Below, in pieces: positions 9,280 to 19,422 of a stretch of DNA of 64,000 nt. Numbering within the stretch: position 1 is the first letter of the stretch; each line of letters begins with the position of its first letter. The translations under genes and the position numbers were made by a program. A model generated the notes under the pieces. It was not told the DNA's origin. It worked only from the letters and a program-made list of their open reading frames with translations, and did no database searches. Source of the DNA: a virus; the IMG/VR virus record IMGVR_UViG_3300028734_000021, positions 4,094 through 68,093 of that record; one strand, given 5' to 3'.

Positions 9280-11137
9280 TCAATTAAAACAATTTTCAGG
9301 AATTTTAGATTTAGATCAATATTTTGATTTACAAAAATTTGTTGAAGCTTCAGAATTATATTATGGTAGAAAAGATGGTGATGTTATTATGTCAGATACT
9401 GAATTTGATCAATTAACAGAAGATATTGTTTCTTGGAATATTCCTGAAATAACAAAATTCATACAATCAAGAATTTGGGTAGATGATGAAGGGATGGTTG
9501 AAGTTGATGAACAATTCAATCAAAGACAAGAAATGATTTCATTATTTAAAATTAAATTCAAAGATATGTCATCAATTTCAGAAATACGTAAATTTTTCAT
9601 TTCAAATAAAAAACCTTTATTTTATGGTCCAAAATTTGATGGAGGAGCTTTAAAACTCAATATTCAACATAAAATATTTCCAAAAATTGAAAGAATTATT
9701 TCTCGTGGTGGTGTTGATTGTACAACAAATTTTGAAAATTTACCATCGATTATTGATGCAATAAAATATGGTAAAGAAATTATTGCTGGAGAATTAGTAA
9801 TTAAGAAAACAATTTTTAATGAAAAATATTCAAGTGAAGGTGATAATGATTACGAATATGAAAATGCTCGTAATTTTGTTGGTTCATTAATTAAAAAAGG
9901 AAATATTCCGCAAGAAATTCTTGATGACTTAGTTTTCATTCCTTGTACAGATGGAACTAATCCATTAGAAAAAACATTTTGGAAACCTTTCAGTAATGAA
10001 GATATGCACAGAATGCAGGAAATTGTCAAATTTTATAAATCTGATGAATTTCCTTATTTATGTGATGGAATAGTGATTGCATATCATGAAGATGGCGAAC
10101 GCCAAGTTAAGGATAACTATCCTCTCAATATGGTTGCAATCAAGTTTCCAGCTCCAAGAATTAAATCAAAAGTAACTGGATTTTTATGGACTCAGAAAAA
10201 ATCAGGTAAATTAACACCAAAAATTTTAATTGAACATGTTAAACTTGAAGGTTCAACTTTAACTTGTGCAAATGGTTATAATTATCAAAACGTTCTTGAC
10301 AAAGGGATTGGAATTGGTTCAGAAGTTGAAGTTGAAAAATCAGGTGATATTATTCCAATTGTTGCAAAAGTTTTAACTCGTTCATCAAATGTAACATTAC
10401 CTGAATGTGATTATAGACAAGAAGGTAAACATTTGATTGCAATGAATTTGGAAGAATCAAGAAAATATAAATTTATTCTTGGATTACAATTATTTCAATT
10501 AGATGGAGTTGGACCAGTAATTGCTGATCAAATTGGACAAATTTGCGATTATGATATTGTTCAATTATTTGATTCTAAATTTAAACCAGATATTTGTGCT
10601 AAACTTGGTGGAGGATCAAATTGGAGAAATTTTTCAGAATTTTACAATATTAAAAATGTCAGTTTAGATAAATTAATTCATGTTCTTCAATTTAATGATG
10701 TTGGACCAAAAATAGCATTAAAAGCTGCTTTACTTATTACTAAAAAATCAAATGATACTTCAAATATGTCATCATTTGTTATTTCTCATGTTTGTCGAGG
10801 TGAAGGTTTCATTAAAATAATTGAATCAGTAAATATATTGAAATCTTTTGGAATTGTCGTAAGTAATCCAACAGAAATAAATGAAGATACTATCATATAT
10901 GAAATGACTGTAGAACCAGGAACACAAATAGTATGTGATGGAAAAACAATCAGTAAATCTGATTTTATGCGTGAATTTAAAAAACTTTATCCAAATGCTA
11001 TTCATTCAACATTAACAAGAGAAACAACTTATTTATTTACAAATGATTTAAGTTCAACAACAGGAAAAAGTAATAAAGCCAGAAAATATAATGTAAAAAT
11101 AGTTTTGTATTCACAAGCATTAAAAAAATTATTATAA
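9272..11137 (+). CDS. ligA: NAD+-dependent DNA ligase
   Basis: YY..MSDTEFD (domain Ia), KFDG motif I, SRG, GE, NARN, DGIV, AIKF, SGDIIP OB fold, HhH, BRCT-like tail. Confidence 0.9.
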   Translation: MIDQLKQFSGILDLDQYFDLQKFVEASELYYGRKDGDVIMSDTEFDQLTEDIVSWNIPEITKFIQSRIWVDDEGMVEVDEQFNQRQEMISLFKIKFKDMSSISEIRKFFISNKKPLFYGPKFDGGALKLNIQHKIFPKIERIISRGGVDCTTNFENLPSIIDAIKYGKEIIAGELVIKKTIFNEKYSSEGDNDYEYENARNFVGSLIKKGNIPQEILDDLVFIPCTDGTNPLEKTFWKPFSNEDMHRMQEIVKFYKSDEFPYLCDGIVIAYHEDGERQVKDNYPLNMVAIKFPAPRIKSKVTGFLWTQKKSGKLTPKILIEHVKLEGSTLTCANGYNYQNVLDKGIGIGSEVEVEKSGDIIPIVAKVLTRSSNVTLPECDYRQEGKHLIAMNLEESRKYKFILGLQLFQLDGVGPVIADQIGQICDYDIVQLFDSKFKPDICAKLGGGSNWRNFSEFYNIKNVSLDKLIHVLQFNDVGPKIALKAALLITKKSNDTSNMSSFVISHVCRGEGFIKIIESVNILKSFGIVVSNPTEINEDTIIYEMTVEPGTQIVCDGKTISKSDFMREFKKLYPNAIHSTLTRETTYLFTNDLSSTTGKSNKARKYNVKIVLYSQALKKLL

Positions 11138-11138
11138 A

Positions 11139-11462
11139 ATGAAAAAATCAAATTTAAATTTTAGTTTAAATAATAATCAAATGATTATTAATCATGGATG
11201 TTTTAATCAAATTTTTGCTCAATTTTATGTAAAAACTTTTAATGATGGAAAAATTGAAACTCAATTAATAATTGAACATATTGATTATAGAGTAAAAGAT
11301 TTATTAATTATTTGTGAAAAACTTGGATTAAAAGTTGAAACTGAAAAATCAGAATTAAGTTGTAAATGTATTACAAAAGTTTTAGGTTTACCTTATGATG
11401 GACTTGGTGAAAGTGTGAGAAATGCTTTTCAAATTGTTTGGGATTATTATCAATGTTTTTAA
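11139..11462 (+). CDS. Hypothetical protein
   Basis: Operon ORF. Confidence 0.65.
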   Translation: MKKSNLNFSLNNNQMIINHGCFNQIFAQFYVKTFNDGKIETQLIIEHIDYRVKDLLIICEKLGLKVETEKSELSCKCITKVLGLPYDGLGESVRNAFQIVWDYYQCF

Positions 11463-11474
11463 ATTGAAGTTAAA

Positions 11475-11795
11475 ATGAAAAAAATTGAATATCAAAAAAT
11501 TGCTTTAGATAAATTTAAAAAAGAATTTTTACAAACGGAAAATACTTTTGAATTACGAGCATTTATTTCTGGTTGGCAAAGTTGTGAAGAAAGTTATTTG
11601 AAAGAAGATAATAAAAGGTTTGTTATTAAAAATCTTGATGCTGAAGATTCATTCATTTCATTAAATAATAATTATGTTTCTATTGATAATGCAATATTTT
11701 TCAATAAAATAGAAATTGCTGAAAAATATAAAAATATATATACAGACAAAAATTGGGAAATTAAAGAACTTTATTTCAAAACATTTTCAATTTAA
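11475..11795 (+). CDS. Hypothetical protein
   Basis: Operon ORF. Confidence 0.65.
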   Translation: MKKIEYQKIALDKFKKEFLQTENTFELRAFISGWQSCEESYLKEDNKRFVIKNLDAEDSFISLNNNYVSIDNAIFFNKIEIAEKYKNIYTDKNWEIKELYFKTFSI

Positions 11796-11800
11796 ATATT

Positions 11801-12079
11801 ATGGCAAAAAATAAATTTAAATTTACTGATAAAACTTGGATAAGTTTTTTCTTAGATAATAAAAAATGCTTAGGTAGAACATGTATTTTAAATAATCAGG
11901 AAGTTGTAGCAACTATTGATGAAACTGGACAAGTTGGACATCTTCCATTTATTGAAGTTGAAAATCCAACAATTTTAAATATTATTAAATCAATATCTAA
12001 AGAAGAAAAACAAAAAAATTTTGGAATAATTGATGACGATATTATTAAAACAATGTGCTTCGTTTGTGGTGAAGCTTAA
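11801..12079 (+). CDS. Hypothetical protein
   Basis: Operon ORF. Confidence 0.65.
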   Translation: MAKNKFKFTDKTWISFFLDNKKCLGRTCILNNQEVVATIDETGQVGHLPFIEVENPTILNIIKSISKEEKQKNFGIIDDDIIKTMCFVCGEA

Positions 12080-12108
12080 ATAATATTTTTAATATTTTGG
12101 TCTGAATG

Positions 12109-12138
12109 ACCATATTTTTTAAATTTTTTGGATATATA
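12109..12138 (+). promoter_or_regulatory. Phage promoter motif
   Basis: ACCATA-N15-GGATATATA, preceded by GTCTGAATG. Confidence 0.65.
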
Positions 12139-12178
12139 ATTTAATACAAACATAAAACATATAACATATATTTCAATT

Positions 12179-13126
12179 ATGGATATTATTAATTTTTCTA
12201 ATTTGGAAAGTCAAGTTTTAAACCTATTTAATCAAGGTAACAAAACATTTGATTTAATAAATGAATCTTCTTCAATTGCTGAAAAAACTTTAACTTCAGT
12301 TTTAGAAGGTTTAATTTCTAAAAACATTTTTAAATTAAATATAAATACAGGTGAATATGAATATCAAACAAAAGTAAATGGTGAAATATATATTTGTGAT
12401 GGAAATCTATTACTTCCAACAACTGTAATAAAATTAAAAGATAAGATTTTAGTTACAAGAGGTGAATGGTACGAATTTCCAGTTGATTTTGATATAAGAA
12501 GAATTATTTGGAATGTAAAACTTGAATCTAAAACAAATTCAACACTTGTTGATTTAATTCGCACATCTGTTTTGAAAGAGAAAAAATCAAAAATTGTTCA
12601 GCTTACAGAATATCAAAATCTTTGTAATAAAATAGTTCCATATTCATCAACAATTGGTTTATTAATTCATTGTGTTGGTGAATCAGTAACAGATATTTCA
12701 ATTATTTTTAAAATAAAAATTAATAAAACTGCTGATATGACTTCAGAACATCGTGGTTTTACAGTACGTTCAGAAATAAGTACTGAAGAATTACTTAGTT
12801 CATTAAAAAAACCAATTGCTGAAAGAAATTATGTTGAAGATATTAAAATAAATCAAATACATAATTTTTCTGATTTTATTTTTTCAAAAAATGAAATACC
12901 TATTTCAATTTCAAATAATGAATTAAATTTCGTCAAAATAACTGGAATTAAAAAATTATTTGAAATAACATATTTTAAAATGGATATTTTAGGTAATGTT
13001 AAAAAATTAGATGTTGAATCATTTGATGATTCAAATGAAGCTATTGAAAAACTTCGCGATATTTTTAAAGGTTTACCAACTTTGATTTTATCAGAAAATA
13101 ATTTTATGTCTGAAATGACTGAATAA
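12179..13126 (+). CDS. Hypothetical protein with possible N-terminal winged helix
   Basis: ESQVLNLF..TFDLINESSSIAEKTLTSVLEGLISKNIF resembles a wHTH pattern. Confidence 0.6.
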   Translation: MDIINFSNLESQVLNLFNQGNKTFDLINESSSIAEKTLTSVLEGLISKNIFKLNINTGEYEYQTKVNGEIYICDGNLLLPTTVIKLKDKILVTRGEWYEFPVDFDIRRIIWNVKLESKTNSTLVDLIRTSVLKEKKSKIVQLTEYQNLCNKIVPYSSTIGLLIHCVGESVTDISIIFKIKINKTADMTSEHRGFTVRSEISTEELLSSLKKPIAERNYVEDIKINQIHNFSDFIFSKNEIPISISNNELNFVKITGIKKLFEITYFKMDILGNVKKLDVESFDDSNEAIEKLRDIFKGLPTLILSENNFMSEMTE

Positions 13127-13171
13127 AAATAGTTTTATAATATTAATAAAACATAGAAAATATCTGGAATT

Positions 13172-13870
13172 ATGTCTAAAGGGAAATTAATAGAATCACC
13201 ATTATCAGCGTTTAATAATTTACTATTACAAATTTCTAAAAAAATCGAACATATTTATTTTCCACATAAAAGTAAAGTTGAAAATATCGTATTTATTAAT
13301 CAATTATTATTTGAAGAAAAATCAATAACAATTTTAAATGTAATTAAATTAGTTTATCATAAAAATGAAGTAGGAATTCAATTTATTGGTTTCTTTTCAA
13401 AAGATACTAATTTGATTAGAATAACTTTAGATAATCAAAAAGAATTATTGGAAATTTTTCAAAATTATTTATTTATTATTAATTCAATAACAAATAATTT
13501 TGATGCAGATGTTTCTCAAAAACAAGTACAATCAATATTTAATCAAGTAAATTCAAGAAAAATTTGTCCAGACACAATGTTTATTGTTCCTTACAAAAAT
13601 AAAATAAGTCATTTATATGATGAAAAAAGTAATGATAAAACATTAGAAAAAATATTTAACAGATTTACATATGTTATCAAATTTAATACAAATGATAAAC
13701 AAACTTTTAAATATAAATTATGTAGAGTTACTTCAACAATTTTAAATGAATCAAAATCTTTAGATAATATTCGTTTTGAAGATATTGAAACATTAAAAGA
13801 AGGGAGTTTAACTTTCGATAAATTAGAAAAATTTTTAATTGATTTGTTTTATTATGGAGATATTAAATAA
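13172..13870 (+). CDS. Hypothetical protein
   Basis: 232-aa ORF. Confidence 0.7.
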   Translation: MSKGKLIESPLSAFNNLLLQISKKIEHIYFPHKSKVENIVFINQLLFEEKSITILNVIKLVYHKNEVGIQFIGFFSKDTNLIRITLDNQKELLEIFQNYLFIINSITNNFDADVSQKQVQSIFNQVNSRKICPDTMFIVPYKNKISHLYDEKSNDKTLEKIFNRFTYVIKFNTNDKQTFKYKLCRVTSTILNESKSLDNIRFEDIETLKEGSLTFDKLEKFLIDLFYYGDIK

Positions 13871-13874
13871 AATT

Positions 13875-14138
13875 ATGTGTGAAAATAAAAAAAGTGTAAA
13901 AGAATTAAAAATTGAATTTGTAAATAAATCAGAAGAATTATTACTTAAATCTTCCAAAATTTCATTTATTAAATTATTAGTTGAATATCGATGCGATAAA
14001 TATTCTGATCCAAATACTGAACAATATTTAGGTTTGAAAGAAATGTTTGATTGGTCACAAGCTAATTTTTCAAAAGATAGAATTTTAGCGAGTTGGATGT
14101 TCATCAGAGGTTTAAAAAAATGTAAAACAAATAAATAA
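13875..14138 (+). CDS. Hypothetical protein
   Basis: Start moved to ATG 13875. Confidence 0.6.
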   Translation: MCENKKSVKELKIEFVNKSEELLLKSSKISFIKLLVEYRCDKYSDPNTEQYLGLKEMFDWSQANFSKDRILASWMFIRGLKKCKTNK

Positions 14139-14141
14139 ATA

Positions 14142-16052
14142 ATGGAAGATATAAATATTGAAGAATTAAGTTCAGAACCAAAAAAAGAATTTGTAAAAAT
14201 TACTATTGATGATGTTACACAAGCAGATATTGTTGAATCAATAAAATCGTGTTTAAAAATATCAACATTAATTAGTCCTTCTCAATCATTAGTTAATAGT
14301 GTGTATTCTATTTTAAAATCATTATTTCTTGATAATAAAAAATATATTATTTTAGAAGCTCCTACTGGTTCAGGTAAAACAATCATAGGATTTATGACTT
14401 ATTTTTGCATACAATATTTGTTTCGTAAAAAAATGTTGAAAAATACTGATATTGATGTGAGACATGAACCTGTTAAACAATTAGCTTATTCTTTAACATC
14501 AGCAAAAATGTTGCAAGAACAAATTGATAAGGATTTAGATAGATTTGATTTTCGTGATTATATTGTAATGTTGAAAGGAGTTGCAAATTATGATTGTTTA
14601 TATGAAACTTGGAAATTAAAAGAACCATATGAAATTGGTAAAGATAGAAAACCAATTACACATGTGAGTTATTCAGATCGTCCTTGTAAAGGAATGCCAA
14701 AAAAGGACAGAATGGAAAAATTTTCTGAATGTGATTCAATTTGTCCATATCAACTTGCTCGTTATGAAGCATCAGAAAAAGCTTGTTCTGTTTTAAATTA
14801 TGCTTATTTTTTAAACATAATGAGAGCTGAATTTAAACCATTTTTTAATGAAAGAATGGTTACTTTTGCAGATGAAGCTCATTTAATACCTGATATTGTT
14901 TGTCAAATTTTTAATTTTGAATTTAATCAATATTTTTTAAATCAATTGATTAAAATTGTAAATGAAATTGAAATGAATTTAGGTTCATCTGATGTTAAAG
15001 AGTTAAAAGAAATAATAATGGGTAGTTTTAAATATTTTAAACAACCTTTAAATCGTCCTTCAACAATTATCGAATATTTTGAAAATATTAAATTAATGCG
15101 ACCATTAATTGTAATGTTAATTAAAAATGAAGGATATATGAGTTATTGGATTCAATTAAATAAAAATCTTGAAAGACTTGATGAATTAATGATGAATCAA
15201 GATGATTTTAAAAATCTTATTGAAAATAGACAAGATGATATTTATTTTGAATCACAATTGGTTGCTGAAGATAAAGTATCAAATTCAAAAATATATAAAC
15301 ATATTGTAAGAGATTTAGCTGAAGCAGAACTTGTTAAAAGACATTTTTTATCAAAATTAAATAAATGTGTTTTTATGTCAGCAACTCTTGGGGATATGGA
15401 TGAATATGCTTCAATGATGGGAATGCAAAAAGATGAATATGTTGCATTACGATTACCATCTTTATTTGATTTTGAAAAATCACCAATTTATGTTTGTAAA
15501 AGTGTATGGTTAAATTATGCTAATTTTGAGAAAAATATTGACAAAGCAATAATGGATACATTAAAGATTTGTAATGTTGAACATCCAAAAGAAAAAGGTA
15601 TTATTCACACATCAACTTTTAAAATTTGTAATTTAATTAAAGAAAAAATAAATTTGGGATTAGTTCCAGATAGGAACAGATTTTTATTTTATCAAACAGC
15701 AGAAGAAAAACAAAAAATGGTTGAATTGATGAAACAATCAACAAAACCTTATATTATTGTTGGTCCAAGTTTGTATGAAGGTCTTGATTTAAAAGATGAA
15801 CAAGGAAGATTCAATATTTTATTAAAAGTACCATATTCTGGTATTGATGATTATGCAAAACAAAAGATGAAACGTTTTCCATTTTGGTATGAAAGAAATA
15901 CTAAAGAAAAAATTGTACAGGCAATAGGCCGTACCAATAGACATACAAATGATTATTCAAAAGTATATTTAATTGATGGATGTTTTGATAAAATAATTCA
16001 TTCTTGTAATGATTCAATAACTTCAAGAATCCAATATAAAACAATTTATTAA
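14142..16052 (+). CDS. DinG/Rad3(XPD)-family SF2 helicase
   Basis: EAPTGSGKT, LQEQ, KGVANYDC with Fe-S-type Cys residues, NYAYF, DEAH, MSATL, EGLD, KVPY, QAIGRTNR. Confidence 0.85.
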   Translation: MEDINIEELSSEPKKEFVKITIDDVTQADIVESIKSCLKISTLISPSQSLVNSVYSILKSLFLDNKKYIILEAPTGSGKTIIGFMTYFCIQYLFRKKMLKNTDIDVRHEPVKQLAYSLTSAKMLQEQIDKDLDRFDFRDYIVMLKGVANYDCLYETWKLKEPYEIGKDRKPITHVSYSDRPCKGMPKKDRMEKFSECDSICPYQLARYEASEKACSVLNYAYFLNIMRAEFKPFFNERMVTFADEAHLIPDIVCQIFNFEFNQYFLNQLIKIVNEIEMNLGSSDVKELKEIIMGSFKYFKQPLNRPSTIIEYFENIKLMRPLIVMLIKNEGYMSYWIQLNKNLERLDELMMNQDDFKNLIENRQDDIYFESQLVAEDKVSNSKIYKHIVRDLAEAELVKRHFLSKLNKCVFMSATLGDMDEYASMMGMQKDEYVALRLPSLFDFEKSPIYVCKSVWLNYANFEKNIDKAIMDTLKICNVEHPKEKGIIHTSTFKICNLIKEKINLGLVPDRNRFLFYQTAEEKQKMVELMKQSTKPYIIVGPSLYEGLDLKDEQGRFNILLKVPYSGIDDYAKQKMKRFPFWYERNTKEKIVQAIGRTNRHTNDYSKVYLIDGCFDKIIHSCNDSITSRIQYKTIY

Positions 16053-16053
16053 T

Positions 16054-16090
16054 GAAAAATCCTGTCGAATTTTGTTCGACAGGATTTTTC
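16054..16090 (+). terminator. Intrinsic terminator
   Basis: GAAAAATCCTGTCGAA-TTTTG-TTCGACAGGATTTTTC followed by T-rich tail. Confidence 0.75.
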
Positions 16091-16130
16091 TTTTGTAATA
16101 TTTTATCATCAAAATTTTTTAATATGATTA

Positions 16131-16160
16131 ACCATATTGTATAAAATACAAGGATATATA
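16131..16160 (+). promoter_or_regulatory. Phage promoter motif
   Basis: ACCATA-N15-GGATATATA. Confidence 0.65.
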
Positions 16161-16199
16161 ATATATAAAGAAAATAAATAAGATATTTAAATTAATTTT

Positions 16200-16670
16200 A
16201 TGAAAGAAAAAAATACAACAAATATATGTGTAACGTGTATCAAAGAATTATTGAAATTAAATTTTCCTTCATTAAAATATCAAATAAAATCATCAAACAC
16301 AATTGATGGTTCTTCAATAAATTTGATTTGGTCTGATGGCCCAACAAATATTGAAATTGAAAAAATTATTGAAAAACATAAGTTAGGTGAATTTGATAGA
16401 TTGAAAAATATTTATGTTAATTCAAATTTCCATAAAAATATTCCTCAAGTTAATTACATAACTTGTAAACGAATTATGTCTGATATTGCTTACAATACTA
16501 TGATTAAAAAATATCCAATAAATACATTATCTGGAATAATTTATAATGAATTTAAAAACACAACTTTTTCATGTGGACAAACATTAAAAATTAAAATCGA
16601 TAAATCAAAAGTATTGGATATTAATGATTATTTCGAAAAAATAAAAAAGAAATCTGTTATAAAAACCTAA
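16200..16670 (+). CDS. LPD29-like domain protein
   Basis: IKELLK..FPSLKY.IKS..SINLIWSDGPT..G.FD pattern recalled from large-polyvalent-protein domain 29. Confidence 0.55.
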   Translation: MKEKNTTNICVTCIKELLKLNFPSLKYQIKSSNTIDGSSINLIWSDGPTNIEIEKIIEKHKLGEFDRLKNIYVNSNFHKNIPQVNYITCKRIMSDIAYNTMIKKYPINTLSGIIYNEFKNTTFSCGQTLKIKIDKSKVLDINDYFEKIKKKSVIKT

Positions 16671-16697
16671 ACATTAATTAAATTAAAAAAAATTTTT

Positions 16698-17294
16698 ATG
16701 AATAAATCTGAATTGAGCCGAAAATTCATTGAAGCAATGTTACGGCTAAAACGTGATACAATTAAACAAGGTGAATTAAAAATTCAACCTTTAGAAGGTT
16801 TAAATTTTAAGATTGGACAAACAAATGAAACAGAAATTCAATATGTTTCAAAAAATGGAACTTGGAGTGTAAATTCCCCAAAATTGAAAGATAATAATTG
16901 GAATCCAACACTTGTTGAAATTATTGATTTTCTTCTCAATTATACTGAAAAAGAAATTATTGATAGTATTGAAAATTTATATACTATTATTAATTCAGTA
17001 TATTCAAAAATTTCAGCTGTATCTTTATTTACTAAAGTTAAATCAATATTACATTTATTGGAATTTGAAGAAAATCAAGTTGAAAAAAATGGATTATCAA
17101 TTGAAACAGAAATTGGCAAATATTATATTTATTATGATAATGATTTAAAATCATTATTGTTCACAAATATTAATCGAGAAGGAAGTATTCATTTGACTGA
17201 TAAAGAATTAATGTTGTTATTGGAAAATACAACTTACTTAAATGTAATGGATGAATTGAATTCTTTTTATTTGAATTTAAAAAGAAAAAAATAA
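16698..17294 (+). CDS. Hypothetical protein
   Basis: Operon ORF. Confidence 0.7.
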   Translation: MNKSELSRKFIEAMLRLKRDTIKQGELKIQPLEGLNFKIGQTNETEIQYVSKNGTWSVNSPKLKDNNWNPTLVEIIDFLLNYTEKEIIDSIENLYTIINSVYSKISAVSLFTKVKSILHLLEFEENQVEKNGLSIETEIGKYYIYYDNDLKSLLFTNINREGSIHLTDKELMLLLENTTYLNVMDELNSFYLNLKRKK

Positions 17295-17296
17295 TT

Positions 17297-17485
17297 ATGA
17301 AAAAATTCATTAATAATTTATCAATAAATTTAGGTATATTTTTTATCATATTACTTATAATTTCAATGTTTGTTGATTTTTTTAATTTAAATTTCTTTTC
17401 GAAAGTAACAATATTTTTTATTACAATAAATCTTGTAATATATGTTTTTTACTTTTTTACTAAGGATATTAAAAAACAACAATAA
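17297..17485 (+). CDS. Small membrane protein
   Basis: Two hydrophobic segments. Confidence 0.55.
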   Translation: MKKFINNLSINLGIFFIILLIISMFVDFFNLNFFSKVTIFFITINLVIYVFYFFTKDIKKQQ

Positions 17486-17486
17486 T

Positions 17487-17897
17487 ATGAATAAAATTAA
17501 ATTTAAGGCAGTAATAAAAGATCATGATTTATATGAAGGTTTTGTTAAAGATGGTTTATTAATTTCACTTGAAAAAGGAAATAAAAATAAATCATTTTTA
17601 TACATAATTGGACTTGAAATATCTTATGATACTATTGATTTTCATGATTATAATAAATTTATTGTATTTCCATTTTCAGATCAATTAGTTCATGATATAT
17701 ATAATTTATTATTTGATAATAAATCAACAAAATTTACTGGAAATAATTTAGATATTTTATGTTTAAAAATTCAGAAAATATTTGAATTCAGAAATTTAGA
17801 TAGATATGAAATATTTAAATTAATTGGTATTGATTTATCAACAAAAAAGAATTTAATAACTACTCGTGAATATATTGATAATTTAATTGAAAGATAA
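17487..17897 (+). CDS. Hypothetical protein
   Basis: Start moved to ATG 17487. Confidence 0.65.
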   Translation: MNKIKFKAVIKDHDLYEGFVKDGLLISLEKGNKNKSFLYIIGLEISYDTIDFHDYNKFIVFPFSDQLVHDIYNLLFDNKSTKFTGNNLDILCLKIQKIFEFRNLDRYEIFKLIGIDLSTKKNLITTREYIDNLIER

Positions 17898-17901
17898 AAA
17901 T

Positions 17902-18129
17902 ATGAAAAAAGGAAAATTGTATAGTTGTAATGATTTTGGATTAATTGTTCTTTGTACTAATGGTATACCAACTGACGTTGATTGTTTTTGCGGTGTTATA
18001 TTGAAAAATACTAAAACATCTAATTCATTAATTTTTTCTGTTGGTAATTATATGGAAAGTTTTAAAAAATCATATTTTATTGAACATCAAGGACAAGTTG
18101 ATTTAAATAATTGTTCATTTAAAGGATAA
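17902..18129 (+). CDS. Hypothetical protein
   Basis: Start moved to ATG 17902. Confidence 0.6.
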   Translation: MKKGKLYSCNDFGLIVLCTNGIPTDVDCFCGVILKNTKTSNSLIFSVGNYMESFKKSYFIEHQGQVDLNNCSFKG

Positions 18130-18905
18130 TGGAAGAAGTAGTAGTAGTCAAACAAAAACCAATAGTTAGTTATTATAAATCAGGTGATCCTTGTTTGAAT
18201 ATTAATGAATGGTTAAATAAACTAACAGAAATAAATATTATAAATACTAAACATTTATCGGATGATTTTCTTGAAATTTGTATTCAAGAAAAACATCGGA
18301 TATTTATTCATCTCAATATTACTGGAATGGGTCGAACAATATTTGAACCAAATATTCCAACTGTTAAAGAAACATTTCATCAGTTAAAAAAACTTATTGA
18401 TAAAGGTTTCCCACAAAAACAAATATTGGTTGTTGTTAATCCTATTATTTCAAATGAAAATGGTTTAAAAGCATTGAAATTATTATTGAGAGTTTTCAGT
18501 GAATATAGACCATTAAGATTAAGAAATGTTAGGTTTAATGTTATTCAATATAAGAAAGTTGAAAATATTTATGTTCTTGGTAATAGTAATATAACATCAA
18601 GACCGAGTTTAAAACATGTTTTACCTTTTTTGAATAGAAATGAAATGTTTTATACAGATTATTATAAATTAATAAATGATTATCAATCAATAATAACTGT
18701 TGATAAAGGTGATGAAGCATTAATTGGAATAAAAGAATTAATTGTATTTGGATATAGAAATGAATGGATTTATGCAGATGGAACTCGTGATAAAATTATT
18801 TTTTATGAAAAAAATAATAAACATAAACCTATAGTTAATATTATATCTAAATCATTTCCAATCCGTTGTGAAAATAGATGTCTTCTTTGTCCTTGGAAAT
18901 ATTGA
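18129..18905 (+). CDS. DUF1848/radical-SAM-like protein with C-terminal CX3CX2C
   Basis: GDP, NTK, HLNITGMGRTIFEPNIP, VVVNPII, terminal CENRCLLCPW. Confidence 0.55.
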   Translation: MEEVVVVKQKPIVSYYKSGDPCLNINEWLNKLTEINIINTKHLSDDFLEICIQEKHRIFIHLNITGMGRTIFEPNIPTVKETFHQLKKLIDKGFPQKQILVVVNPIISNENGLKALKLLLRVFSEYRPLRLRNVRFNVIQYKKVENIYVLGNSNITSRPSLKHVLPFLNRNEMFYTDYYKLINDYQSIITVDKGDEALIGIKELIVFGYRNEWIYADGTRDKIIFYEKNNKHKPIVNIISKSFPIRCENRCLLCPWKY

Positions 18906-18961
18906 GCCTAAATTGATATTCCATTCAGATTAAAACTTTTTTAAAAATATTTTATAATTTG

Positions 18962-18991
18962 CCTATATAGAACATATTTTTCGGATATATA
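18962..18991 (+). promoter_or_regulatory. Phage promoter motif
   Basis: CCTATA-N15-GGATATATA. Confidence 0.65.
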
Positions 18992-19042
18992 TATAGTAAG
19001 CAAACTATATAATATGTACTATAAATAATTTAATTTAATATT

Positions 19043-19369
19043 ATGTTAAATGATAAAATAATTCCAAACATAGATGAAATTGATTTAACAAAAATCGATT
19101 GGAATGTTTTAACAATTAAACAATTCCACGATATTGAAATTAAATTATTAGCAAAACATAATGATAATAAAAAAATTGCTAAGAAAGCGAAAATTAAGGA
19201 AAAAAAATTAACAAGAAGTTCAGGAATGGTTATTGTTAAAATACATGATAAAAATTATTCAATAAAAGATATTATTTATCAAAGATTGAAAAATTTAAAA
19301 TCACAAAAATCAAAAGAAAAATTAATTGATGAAATAATATCAAATCATAATCCTATTGTGGATTTATGA
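19043..19369 (+). CDS. Basic hypothetical protein, possible member of the shared C-terminal-domain family
   Basis: VIVKIHDKNYSIK..KEKLIDEIISNH aligns loosely with the C-termini of 19423 and 33638. Confidence 0.65.
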   Translation: MLNDKIIPNIDEIDLTKIDWNVLTIKQFHDIEIKLLAKHNDNKKIAKKAKIKEKKLTRSSGMVIVKIHDKNYSIKDIIYQRLKNLKSQKSKEKLIDEIISNHNPIVDL

Positions 19370-19422
19370 AAACAATAATTATAAATAATTTTATTTACCA
19401 AAAACAATTAAAAATTACAATT

